Below are positions 51,611 to 64,000 of a DNA stretch of 64,000 nt, in pieces. The position numbers and the translations under genes are program-made. The DNA is from Octopus sinensis (taxonomy: Eukaryota). Within the stretch, counting starts at the first letter, position 1. Each line of letters starts with the position of its first letter. Location of the stretch: contig NC_043008.1 in assembly GCF_006345805.1 (NCBI RefSeq), positions 22,568,001 through 22,632,000 on the forward strand. Reading direction: 5' to 3'. The notes under the pieces are model-generated. The model saw only the letters and a program-made list of their open reading frames with translations, did not search any database and had not been told where the DNA came from.

Positions 51611-51779
51611 CAGTCATAGCCTCTTTGAGGCTCAAAGTTATTTAAACCAAAACTTTACATGGACCCTTGAAATACTACCATGGATTTTCAATTTTCTATT
51701 TTGCTTGTGTAGATCCCCCAGAAATCTTACATGGACCCCCAGGATCAAAAGGACCCCTGTTGAGAATCACTGCTCTAAA

Positions 51780-52272
51780 TGAATGTTTCTGTAAAGAAGT
51801 GCTCATCTCTCAAACTGGATGGAACATGTGGAAGAGGGAGACCCAAGAAAACATGGGACAGTGTACTGAAGGACAATCTCAGGACACTGAACCTTTCAGA
51901 AAGAGATGACAAAGGACCAAGATACCTGGCACTTTGCTGTACTCAAGAAAACCTGTCTTCCACAGCAGAAGTGTTAAGACCACTCCACTTGATGAAGAGG
52001 ATTGGCCTGCAAGAGCCATGTGCTGGTGCCATGTAAAAAGTATTTGTGTTGGTTCCACGTTGAAGTGCTCGAGCGAAGCTACAATAAAAGCATCCAACAC
52101 ACGCTGTAAAGTGGTCAGCGTTAGGAAGGGCAACCAGCCGTGGAAACCAAGTTAAATTAGACTGGAACCTGATACAGCTCTCCAGCTTTCCAGCTCTCCA
52201 GCTTTCCAGCTCTCGTCAAACTGTCTAACACATGCCTGCATGGAAAATGGACGTTAAAGGATGATGATGATG
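51780..52272 (+). mobile_element. RTE subfamily ORF end plus 3'UTR
   Basis: KKCSSLKLDGTCGRGRPKKTW; (GAT)n tail. Confidence 0.75.
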
Positions 52273-52280
52273 TTTGAAAT

Positions 52281-52944
52281 CATCATCATCGTTTAACATC
52301 CATTTTCCATGCTGGCATGGGGTGGACGATTTGACTGAGGATTGGTGAACCAGATGGCTGCACTAGGCTCCAATCTGATCTGGCAGAATTTCTACAGATG
52401 GATGCCCTTCTTAACACTAACCACTCCCAGAGTGTAGTGGGTGCTTTTACATGCCACCGGCACGAGTGCCAGTCAGGTGGTACTGGCAATGGCCTCACTC
52501 AAATGGTGTTTTTTATGTGCCATCTGTACAGGAGGCAGTCCAGTAGCACTGGCAATGACCTCGCTCGAGTGTTTTGATCACGTGCCACCGGCAGAAGTGC
52601 CAGTAAGGCAATGCTGGTAACGATTACACTCGAATGGTGCTTTTTGCATGTCACAGGCACGGAAGCCAGTTAGCTGCTCTGGCAACGACCACGCTTGGAT
52701 GGTGCTCTTAGCGCTCCACTAGCACAGATGCCAGTCATCGAATTTCATTTCGATTTCACTTGCCTCAACAGGTCTTCGCAAGCAGAGTTTAGTGTCCAAT
52801 GAAGGAAAGGTACGCACAAGGCCTGATGTTTTGGGGGGAGGGGACTAGTTGATTACATCAACCCCAGAATTTCACTGGTATTTAATTTATTGACCCCCAA
52901 AAGGATGAAAGGCAAAGTCAACCTTGGCCAAATTTGAACTCAGA
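52281..52944 (-). mobile_element. SINE-B-variant/RTE-3'UTR chimera bracketed by a 15-bp TSD
   Basis: GATGATGTTTGAAAT at 52266-52280 and 52945-52959. Confidence 0.75.
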
Positions 52945-53476
52945 GATGATGTTTGAAATATGTTGAACAGCTTAAAGTTGTGTGGGCAAATTCTTAACAA
53001 AATTTTAATCAAATCACCTGACAGAAAAAAAAAACCCCCACAAAATTATTATAACTAACATATATATATGTTTTACTTATGTGATTACTTGTATGTGTTT
53101 GGAATATGCAGAATCGGTTAGAACTGTTTTTGGATGAAGTAGTGGCAGACAGCTGGCTGGTCCATGATATATTGAATGTTTTAAACAAACCAGTTGTTAC
53201 CTGCTTAACATACTTAAAATCTCATTTATATATAGACTGGAATGTGTTTAGAAAGTAGTAGCAGTGATTGTAGTGGTGGTGGTTGTGGCGGTGGCGGTGG
53301 TGGTAGTGGTGGTAGCGGAGATGGTGGCAGCAGCAGCAACAGCAGCAACAGCAGCAGTTCTTGTTTTGATTGTTAACAATTGTGGGCGTTGTCCTGTTGT
53401 TTAACCCAAGGCAAGACCCAATCAAGCAGACCTATGATCAATAATGTCCCAGCCATAACATCTTATTTTGTATGTA

Positions 53477-53560
<84 letters not shown>

Positions 53561-54510
53561 TTAAATAATGAGGGAGATAAATTGAATATTAATTTAATTA
53601 ATATCAATTTAAAACCAGTAGCGTATCATATATAAAAAAAAATCTGGAAAATCAGAAAAAATTCCAATACATGTGTATATTTAGAGATAACCACTAGGTG
53701 GATAACCAATATGCTAGAAGAAGATCGCATACGATCTAACTATATATATATCAGCGGCTATTAATTAATTAGCCAATGTTTAGGTTTTATATTTAAGGTA
53801 GTAAGATGTGATTTGAGGGAGATATGGCTGCTTTTTCTAGCAGGTGAAACAACCCCATAGAAGTTCCTTTGTTGGCTGGCTATCGTTGTTGTGGTGTTGG
53901 TGAAGGTGGTGGGTGGTGGTGGTGTTTTTTTTAATTAAGAAAACATCAAGGATTTGACACTAGTGTCAAAGCAGAAACGAACAAAAAATACTTGTATTAA
54001 ACTAACAGGTGAAACAGTAGCTGTAAGTAGTTAGGGTGTTAGACATCTGATGCAAAGGTCATGGGTTCAAACCTTGCCACTGACAATTTAGTTTTTATTG
54101 CAAGCATCACTGTTATTGTTTATGCCCATTGCTTTTGGTACCAACAAGACCCAAGACAATCCAACTGTACAGAGAACTGTATCAAATGAAACACAAAATA
54201 TCAAGATATACTTCACTCTGAAAAAGGGGTCAAAAGTCTTCCCTAAGCCAAGAACTTATAAGATCAGTTTCCCAGATTCTGTAGTGTACAGGATGGGGTG
54301 CAGAAAAGTTCCTGACTTTGGGTAAAAGAAAATACAGGAAGATCTGTTAATTATGATTTTCTTCAGCATATTCCCCTCTTAGATTCACATGCTTATTGCA
54401 GTGGTCCTTCAGTTGTTCTAAGCCCAATAAAAGAACTCAGAAGGTTGGGCCTCCAACCAGGCCTTTCATGATACCCTTAGAACCAGGTACTTTTCAGTTA
54501 CTCACCCCAT

Positions 54511-55197
54511 CCCTTAATTTATCGACCACGAAAGGATGAAAGGCAAAGTCGACCGTGACAAAATTTGAACTCAGAACGCAGCAGCAGACAAAATACATAT
54601 TTCTTTACTACCCACAAGGGACTAAACACAGAGGGGACAAACAAGGACAAACAAAGGGATTAAGTCGATTACATTGACTCCAGTGCATAACTGGTACTTA
54701 ATTTATCGACCACGAAAGGATGAAAGGCAAAGTCGACATTGTGGAATTTGAACTCATAACGCAGCAGCAGACAAAATACATATTTCTTTACTACCCACAA
54801 GGGGCTAAACACAGAGGGGACAAACAAGGACAAACAAAGGGATTAAGTCGATTACATTGACTCCAGTGCATAACTGGTACTTAATTTATCGACCACGAAA
54901 GGATGAAAGGCAAAGTCGACCTCGGTGGAATTTGAACTCATAACGCAGCAGCAGACAAAATACATATTTCTTTACTACCCACAAGGGGCTAAACACAGAG
55001 GGGACAAACAAGGACAAACAAAGGGATTAAGTCGATTACATTGACTCCAGTGCATAACTGGTACTTAATTTATAGACCACGAAAGGATGAAAGGCAAAGT
55101 CGACCTCGGTGGAATTTGAACTCAGAATGTAGCGGCAGACGAAATACCGCTAAGCATTTCACCCGGCATGCTAACGTTTCTGCCAGCTCGCCGCCTT
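54511..55197 (-). mobile_element. SINE-B head plus about 3.5 bodies
   Basis: Period ~183 bp; all units share the private variant gaccacgaaagg. Confidence 0.9.
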
Positions 55198-55371
55198 ATA
55201 ATTGCATGTTTGTTACTGCCACTGTTTCTATTTTGTATTGTTATAACACTGTTACAGTGTATCCTTTATCTATCGTTGACAATATTAACCATACTACGAT
55301 ATTGGAGGTGTCAGGAAAGGGATTGGTGACAAGGATTTTTCAAAGCTCACATAAGTTATTTGACAATTTGC

Positions 55372-55579
55372 TCTTTTCTCTCTTTTACTTGTTTCAGTCA
55401 TTTGACTGCGGCCATGCTGGAGCACCGCCTTTAGTCGAGCAAATCAACCCCGGGACTTATTCTTTGTAAGCCCAGTACTTATTCTATCGGTCTCTTTGCC
55501 GAAGCGCTAAGTGACGGAGACGTAAACACACCAGCATTGGTTGTCAAGCAATGCTAGGGGGACAAACACAGACACACAA

Positions 55580-55636
<57 letters not shown>

Positions 55637-55800
55637 TACGACAGGCTTCTTTCAGCTTCCGTCTACCAAATCCACTCACAAGGCATTGGTCGGCCCGGGG
55701 CTATAGCAGAAGACACTTGCCCAAGATGCCACGCAGTGGGACTGAACCCGGAACCATGTGGTTGGTTAGCAAGCTACTTACCACACAGCCACTCCTGCGC
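55372..55800 (-). mobile_element. SINE-A (subfamily shared with 16315-16682 and 39855-40260)
   Basis: Diagnostic variants aatgctagggggacaaac and aaggcattggtc...atagcagaagac...ccaagatgcc. Confidence 0.9.
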
Positions 55801-55829
55801 CTATGTCATATAAATTGTTAAATTATGGA

Positions 55830-57892
55830 GAACCTATTAGCAACAGTAATACAGCTTCAAAAGAAGCAACAGGAACAACAACAGGAGTTGCAGAAGCAAA
55901 TATTACAATAGTTAACTGAATTACAGACAAGGAAGTCTGAAAATTCAGTTAAGTTCATTTCCACCAGACGGCATGGCAAACTCGATTTCTGAATTCACTC
56001 ATAATCCAGAGAAGGGTATTACATTTCCTGCAAACTATTAAAGGTATGAGGAAATTGTTAACAAAGATTGCAAGTCATGGTCAGATGAGGAGAAAGTGAG
56101 GCTATTACTAAGCATGGTCACCACTGTAACTTTATATTGCCCAAAAAGTCGAGTGAGATTGATTTCCAAGAAACTATTGAATTACCATTTTGAATTACCA
56201 TTTTGACAAAAGTTTGTTATTTAACACTCGAATGATATGTTGGAACTTATCAAAAAATCAAGGTGATGACTTTATTACATACGCCGGTGTAGTCAACCGT
56301 ATGTGTGAAAACTTTAAACTTCAGGAACTCAATCAGGATATGTTTAAATCCCTTATCTACGTACAAGGCTTTATGGCAACCAAAGATGGAGAAATTTGGG
56401 CAAGGATTCTCTCAAAAATGGAGCAAGTGAACCAAGACGCTATGTTATCAGATTGTGAATTTGCAATACCTTATTTGGACAATATATTGATTAAGAGTAA
56501 TTCATGTGAACAGCATGTGGAGCATATAAAAGCTGTGTTCAAGAAAATTAAAGAGTACGAGTTTCCTTCAAGTGAAGAAAAATGTAAATTTTTTTGGCCT
56601 CAAATTAAATACTTACTCAGGGCAAATCTATACATATAAAGCTGAAGTTGTCTGTGTGTGTGTGTGTGTGGCAGGCTTGGTAGCCTTCAACAAACACTAT
56701 CTCCTCCTCAACTATCTCTGCGGCGCAAGTTGACCAAAATTGAGAGTATGATAGAAGAAGGCTTGCTCTTCATTCTGTAGAAGAAAACATTCAAATCAGA
56801 CCATGTTAAGACTAAAAATTATTTACATCAAAAAGGTGCTTTTTTTCTATGAAAATCCCTATTTTTTACGATTTTTTGACTGCTGTGTCGCCATTTTTCT
56901 GTGTATTTCAACCAGAAAAATGTTCACTTAAAGAGAATAACAAGCTACATAATGCAAAATTTTTACTTTTCAAAAAAGATTGAAACTTTGTCAAAACTTT
57001 GTTAACGCGACATCAAAGTCTGCCGTTTTAAGCGCAACTAAAAAACAAACCCGAGCAATGCCAGGCTATACTGCTAGTAATTGATAAAAATGGTAGATGG
57101 CTTGACCTATTGAGGACAGACACAATAAAGAATATGCCTGCTCTGACAAATATATCGATACTACAAGCGTGTCTTCGCAAACTGCTACCAAAACTACATT
57201 CGTAACATGCACAAATTAAGAGCTCCATTGAATGACTTTTTAAAAAAGGAAGTAAAGTGGAATTGGTTCATTAAATGCCAAAACGCAATTGAAGAAAAAA
57301 AATTCTAATTGCAGATTTGTCTCTAGTGAATTTCAATCCTGAAATGGACATTTTTGTAGTATCTGATGCTTCAGAGTATGGAATAGGAGCAATTTTGCTA
57401 CACAAGTATAAAAATGGAAGCACAAAACCAATGATTCATGTTCTGTGCTCGCTAATAGTGGCAGAGAAAAAATACAGTCAGAGAGAAAAAGAAGCCCTAT
57501 CGGTTATCTTTGCAGAGAAAAAATTTCACAGGTTTCTACATGGTAAGTTTTCAGTTACAAACAGATCATCGACCATTGCTATCAATTTGTGGGTCAAAGA
57601 AATGGTTACCTACCAATACAGTGAACCGACTACAATGTTGGGGTAAAATATTACTAAATTACAATTTCAAAATGCAGCATATTCCATAGAAAAAATCGTT
57701 CATGTACACTATCTATTGAAACTAATTCCCGAAAATATGGAATCACTAGAAGATACTGTGATAGCCAAACTGCAGGCAGAAAATGAAATAAAACGTATTA
57801 TGACTAATGTTGTCCAAGAGCTGCTAGTGACCGCACAGGATATAAGAATGAAATCTGTAGGCAACGAGTATATTACAAAAATGAAAGAAGCT
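55830..57892 (+). mobile_element. Ty3/Gypsy internal relic (gag, RT core, RNase H); no LTR seen
   Basis: Gag-like DDFITYAGVVNRMCENFKL; RT AIPYLDNILIKS...KCKFF..QIKY; RNase H SDASEYGIGAILLH...YSQREKEAL. Confidence 0.85.
56627..57077 (+). mobile_element. Complete non-autonomous Helitron-like element inserted in the Gypsy RT
   Basis: A|TCTATACATATAAAG ... CCCGAGCAATGCCAGG..CTAG|T; removing it rejoins GGG CAA ATA ATT GAT AAA AAT GGT (GQIIDKNG). Confidence 0.9.
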
Positions 57893-58099
57893 TATGGCTG
57901 TGTGGTAAGTAGTTTGCTTACGAACCACATGGTTCTGGGTTCAGTCCCACTGCATGGCACCTTGGGCAAGTGCCTTCTACTATAGCTTCAGGCCGACCAA
58001 AGCCTTGTGAGTGGATTTGGTAGAAAGAAACTGAAAGAAGCCCGTCGTATATATGTATATATATATCTGTGTGTGTGTGTGTTGTGTGTGTGTGTGTGT

Positions 58100-58139
<40 letters not shown>

Positions 58140-58700
58140 TGTGTCTGTGTTTGTCCCCCCAACATCGCTTGACAACCAATGCTGGTGTGTTTATGTCCCC
58201 GTAACTTACCGCTTCAGCAAAAGAAAGCGATAGAATAAGTACTAAGCTTAGAATGAAAGGCAAAAGTGAACCTTGGTAAAATTTAAACCTAAAGTATAAA
58301 AACAGCCAATATGCCTCAATATGCTTAACTGGTACTTATTTTATCGACCCTTGAAAGAATGAAGGGTAAAGTTAAACCTCACTGGAATTTGAACCCAGAA
58401 CATAAAGACTGACAATATGCCACAAAGTATTTTGCCTGGAATGCTAACAATTCTGCCAGCTTGCTACCATGACACTAGTTTAATAATGACAGAATTCTTT
58501 TCTACTCTAGGCACAAGGTTCGAAATTTTGGGTGAGAGAGCCAATCAATTAGATCGACCCCAGTGCTTCGGTTGCCGAAAGGATGAAAGGCAAAGTCAAC
58601 CTTGGCAGAATTTGAACTCAGAACTTAAAGACAGACAAAAATACCACCAAGCATTTCACCCGGAGTGTGAACATTTCTGCCAGCTCGCCACCTTACAATA
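57893..58700. mobile_element. SINE-A (+, 57893-58250) and two SINE-B variants (-)
   Basis: Family motifs. Confidence 0.8.
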
Positions 58701-59729
58701 ATGACGAAATTGTTTTACTAAATGCTTCACTATTATTGAAATTAATTGAAATAAAAGTAGAGAGTGCTTTAACAGAAATATGGTGACGAAATGGTTAAGT
58801 AGACATATAATGAAATTTGAACCATCTTATTGTATTGCATGGCTACATTTTTCTAAATACCTTATCACAATGGTATTCCAGCCACGACCATCCCATTTTT
58901 TTGTTTGTTTTTTAAGAAGAGTGTATCTAGGACTAATCTTTCAAGTGTGTCACATGGCCTTGTTCATTTTCAGGTGAATTTGGCAGCAACCCTTTGTAAA
59001 AGGGCCACTACAATAAGCAGAAGCTCTTCCATTAGGACGCGGCTCGTTCATTAGTACCGATTCTATAGAGTCTGGACGACTATAAAACTATTGCCCTCTT
59101 CCTTACACTCTTAAATATTTTTTTAAATATTAATTTCAATAAAGTGAAAACCAAGTTTATTGATCATTTCCAGTCTTCTATGGAAAGCTTGTCTGACTAG
59201 GCAGAAATATTACCTTGCTTGGAAACAGGTAAGGGTTGGCAACAGGGAAGGCTTCCAACTGTACAATATCTGCCTTAACAAATTCCGTCAGACAAATGCA
59301 AGTTTAGGAATGTGGATGTTAAAACAAGGGGGAGGGAGGAGGCAGAGGAGGAACTTACTACTTTAAACTGCCCAGATGTAAGTGAATACTACAGATTACT
59401 AACAACTCATTCAGCTACCTACTTAGACCGGTACCTGTTTGTTGACCCTAAAAGGGTGAAAGGCAAAGTTGACCCCAGCAGAATTTGAACACAAAATATA
59501 GCACAGAGAGTTGGAACAAATACCACAAAGCATTTTGTCCAATGCTCTACCAACTCATACACAGATTTTATAAGCAACACAGAAACGAAATTAACCCTTT
59601 AGCATCATATTGTTCTATCAAAGCAGAAATAATAAGTTCAAATTAATACAGCCCCGTTTTCAGCGTTATACTACAGAATAAGATCTACATTAATCCTTCA
59701 ACATTCAGATTATCGAGTGTAATGTTTAT

Positions 59730-60742
59730 TTATTCTTTTACTTGTTTCAGTCATTTTACTGCAGCCATGCTGGAGCACCACCTTTAGTCAAACAAATCGA
59801 CCCCAGGACTTATTCTATCAGCCTCTTTTGCCGAACAGCTAAGTTACAGGGACGTAAACACAACACCATCAGTTGTCAAGCGATGCTGTGGGGGACAAAC
59901 AGACACACAAACACATACATACATATATACATACATATATATATATACGACAGGCTTCTTTCAGTTTCCATCTACCAAATCCACTCACAAGGCTTTGGTC
60001 AACCCGAGACTATAGAAAAAGACACTTGCCCAAGGTGCCACGCAGTGGGACTGAACCTGGAACCATGTGGTTGGAAAGCAAACTACTTACCACACAGCCA
60101 TTCCTGTGCCTATATTGTTTTTAATTAATCATGAATTATCATGCAGCTTTGAAATTTTGATGATGCAATTGTATGTTTTTAGAATGACATTGAAGGGTAG
60201 GCTGAATATGGCCATAAAACAGTATATTTTGCTCAGGTGTGACTGGTTTCAATGCTAAAAGGCTAAACTGTGTACACAAGAAATTACTACATGCACAAAC
60301 CCATGCCGGTGGCATGTAGAGAGCACCCACTACACTCTCGGAGTGGTTGGCATTAGGAAGGGCATCAAGCTGTAGAAACTCTGCCAGATTGGAGCCTGGT
60401 ACAGCCTCCTGGCTTGCCAGTCTCCAATCAAACTGTCCAACGCATGCCAGCATGGAAAGCAGACATTAAATGATAACAATCACCATGATCATGACAAAAT
60501 ATTAATTACCAGAAATAATGAAGTAATTAACAGACATAGTTATTACTTTCAAATTTTGACACAAGGCCAGCAACTTCAGGTGAGAGAGTGAATCTATTAC
60601 ATCGACCCCGGAGCTCAGCAGTTGCTTATTTTCTCAACCTTGAAAGGATGTAAAGTAAAAGTAGACCTCAGGACATACAGACAGATGAAATGTAGCCAAA
60701 CATTTTGCCCAGTGGGCTAATGACTCTGACAGTTTGCTGCCT

Positions 60743-60776
<34 letters not shown>

Positions 60777-61240
60777 TAATAATCATACAATAAAAAATCA
60801 AAAAACCAAAATCAAATCAAATCAGATCAAAATCAAAATGGAAATTGTAATTGTCGTCGATGCCAGTGCCGCCTAACTGGTACCTGTGCTGGTAGCATCT
60901 AAAAAGCACCATTCACATGTGGGTTGATGCCAGTGCTGCCTGACTGGCTCCCAGTGTAGGTGACATGTAAAAAACACCATTCAGACGTGATCGATGCCAG
61001 TACCCCCACCGACTGGTTCCCATGGCGGTGGTACATAAAATGCGCCCACTACACTTTCGGAGTGGTTGCCATTAGGAAGGGCATCCAGCTGTAGAAACCT
61101 TGCCAGATCAGATTGGAGCCTGATACAGCCTACTGGCTTGCCAGTCCCCAAGACAAACTGTCCAACCCATAACAGCATGGAAAGCAGACATCGAACGATG
61201 ACGATGATGATGATGATGATGATGAAGATGATGATGATGG
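59730..61240. mobile_element. SINE-A (-, 59730-60105), RTE 3'UTRs (+, 60290-60480 and 60840-61240), SINE-B variant (-, 60540-60745)
   Basis: Family motifs. Confidence 0.75.
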
Positions 61241-61922
61241 TGCGGTAGAAGTAATGCTCTTTTGTATTTGAGTTTTCTAGTTTCTAAGTGAGTTCCTTTT
61301 ATTACTTCCTAAAACTTCTGTGATTATTTTTTTTCATTAGTTTATTATTCGTTTAAGTAATGCAATAAATTTGTGTTCGATAAAAAAAATTACTTAATAA
61401 ACATTTATATACTATAAAAGATATTAAATGCAAAAAGGGTATTATTTCTACGATGCCCGGTATATTTAGAGCATGCAGGTTTTTGTCACAGAAAAAAATA
61501 ATTTGCTTCATACCATAAGATTTTTTTATACACAAAATTAGGAGTAATATTGTACATAAAACTTATTTATAACATAAATTTTCAAAATCCAGAAAAACCC
61601 ATAAGGATTATAAGCCTGGCACCAGTATGACTGTAATGAAAGTAGAGATAAGTGCCCTGCTTAAGCACACTGTGACAGGATATCATGTTGTCATGTGACC
61701 CATGTGACTGCTTTAAATCACTCACAGCAAGTATTGTCATTTTAGTATACATGTGTGCATGAATGTACAGACACATACACACATACACATGCATGCACGC
61801 ACACAGATAGGCACAAACACTGACACACACACACACGTGGACACATACATGTACACACAAAGTATTGTTTATATATATATTTTCTTGTACAAACACACAC
61901 ATCTATGCATACACACATACAC

Positions 61923-61962
<40 letters not shown>

Positions 61963-62184
61963 TTGCACACATACTCACACACTAAGGAAAGTTTACAAAT
62001 ATATCCATATACATATTTCCATACACATCTATAAACACATACACACATACATGGGCATATCTGTACACAAAGGTGGATACACTATGACCTACAAATACAC
62101 ACACACACACACATACAAACACAACATACACAGACATATTCATAATTACATATATACACTAAAAACACATCTGAAAGTACATTC

Positions 62185-63366
62185 TGTTACAAAGGTAAAG
62201 GTTATACTTTAGATAGAAATAACTACAGGGGTATCAAACTGCTGAATCAGGCGATGAAGGTCGTGGAGAGGGTCATAGCCCAACTAATTAGGGGGAGAGT
62301 CTGCTTAGATGAGATGCAGTTCAGTTTTGTGCCAAGTAGAAGTACCACTGATGCTGTATTCCTGGTGCGGCAACAACAGGAGAGATACCTAGCCAAAGAT
62401 AAACCCCTATACTTGGCTTTTGTTGACATGGGGAAAGCCTTTGACAGGGACCCCAAATCCCTTATTTGGTGGGAAATGTGGAAACTGGAGATTGATGAGT
62501 GGTAAATAAGAGCTGTATAGGCCCTGTACAGGGATGCCATTAGTAAGGTAAGGGTCAGCAATGAATATAGTGAAGAATTGCAGGTAGATGTAGGGGTTCA
62601 CCAAGGATCAGCCCTCAGCCCCCTCTTATTCATCATAGTCCTCCAGGCAATAACAGAGGAATTCAAGACAGGATGTCCCTGGGAGCTCCTCTCTGCTGAT
62701 GACCTTGCTCTCACAGCGGAATCACTACCAGAACTAAAGAAGAAAGTTCAGGTATGGAAGCAAGATTTAGAATTGAAGGCTTTAGAGTCAACGTTACAAA
62801 AACCAAATTCCAAGTAAGTAGGAAGGCAAACACATCACAAACTCCTTCATGTAGATGGCCCTGCTCGATCTATAGAAAAGGTGTAAGTAGAAACTCCATA
62901 AGAAGTACCCAGTGTAAGCTATGGATGCATTAGAGGTGCAGCAACATCAAAGGAGAGAAGCATAGGGGCAATAAACACCGTAGATGAACAGAAAACTGAT
63001 TCCATCACATGCCAGGGGGAGAAACTAGAAGTAGTTGATAGCTTCTGCTACCTAGATGACCAAACTGTAGTGGTGGGTGGATACTCAGAGAGCGTTGCCA
63101 CTAGAATAAGAATAGCCTGGGCAAAGTTCAGAAAGCTCCTACCTCTACTGGTAACAAAGGGCCTCTCGCTCAGAGTAGATTGTATGATGCATGTGTGTAA
63201 ACTGCCATGCTTCATGGCAGTGAAACACAGGCTGTGATTGCTGAAGACAGGCGTAGGCTCGAAAGAAATGAAGCTAGTATGATCCACTGGATGCATAATG
63301 TGAGTGTGCACACACGACAGAGTACAAGCACCCAGAGAGAAATGCTGGACATAAGAAGCATCAGAT
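62185..63366 (+). mobile_element. RTE LINE RT fragment (diverged copy or subfamily)
   Basis: QFSFVPSRSTTDAVFLVRQ, GVHQGSALSP, LLSADDLAL; short deletion in the Cys-rich region. Confidence 0.9.
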
Positions 63367-63883
63367 ATAAATAAATATATATATATACATATATAAAATA
63401 AGTGATATAGGTATCCACTTCATACGGTTCAATTGTTTAGTGCTCTATACAGCTTTATACAGCTCAACTGATTAGTGCTTTATATGTTTATAAATTTTTA
63501 TATGTATATGAATTTTTATATATTTATAACTTTTCATGTATATGTATGTATTTATAAATTCTTAGAAATTTTTTAGATGTCATATGGTTGAATGCATTTA
63601 TCTATGTACTTTGTATACCATGGAGAATTTCGTTAATATGGATTGAATGAATATATACATCGGCCTTTGAATTTGTTTTCTCCAGTCCTTAATTTTATAT
63701 ATATATACACACACATAAATATATATACATAAATATATATACACATAAATATATATATGTATATACATACATAAATATAAATAAATATATATATATATAT
63801 ATATGTACATAAATATAAATAAGTATATATATATATTTAGATATAAATATATATAAATATAAATAAATAAATATATATACATA

Positions 63884-64000
63884 AATCATCATATTTACGT
63901 CGCTTTCCATGCTAGCATGGGTTGGACGGTTCAACTGGGGTCTGGGGAGCCCGAAAGCTGCACCAGTCCAGTCAGATCTGGCAGTGTTTCTACAGCTGAT
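63884..64000 (-). mobile_element. RTE 3' end (cut by the window end)
   Basis: gctttccatgctagcatgggttggacggttcaactgggg. Confidence 0.85.

Noticed and set aside
55830-58250. Intact LTR retrotransposon
   Set aside because: No LTRs, protease or integrase found; multiple frameshifts.
63240-63270. CTGAAGA...GCTCGAAA hammerhead-like string
   Set aside because: Lies in RTE coding sequence (AEDRRRLERNE); stems I and III do not form.

Overview
AT-rich, microsatellite- and transposon-dense eukaryotic DNA. The SINE, RTE, Penelope and Helitron content looks like an octopod cephalopod genome; this is inferred from recalled repeat families, not from a database search. The only host coding sequence I can support is the first coding exon (914-1054, minus strand) of a class IA PI3K catalytic subunit (p110beta/delta-like adaptor-binding domain), whose remaining exons lie left of the window. 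The other ~63 kb is upstream or 5'UTR-intron sequence. It holds two abundant tRNA-head SINE families and rarer ones, RTE LINE fragments, Dong/R4-like and Penelope-like relics, non-autonomous Helitrons, mariner-, piggyBac- and hAT-like MITEs, a Gypsy relic, and simple repeats. Nearly all listed ORFs are microsatellite or transposon artefacts. The most notable signals are: (1) five unrelated minimal type I hammerhead-ribozyme motifs, two in near-perfect fold-back palindromes and one next to a tRNA-like SINE head; (2) SINE head-(body)n multimers that share one hairpin-forming junction; (3) a ~125-bp target-site duplication; (4) a TSD-bracketed SINE/RTE chimera. No ribozyme activity, expression or family assignment was tested. 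Coordinates of degenerate repeats are approximate.
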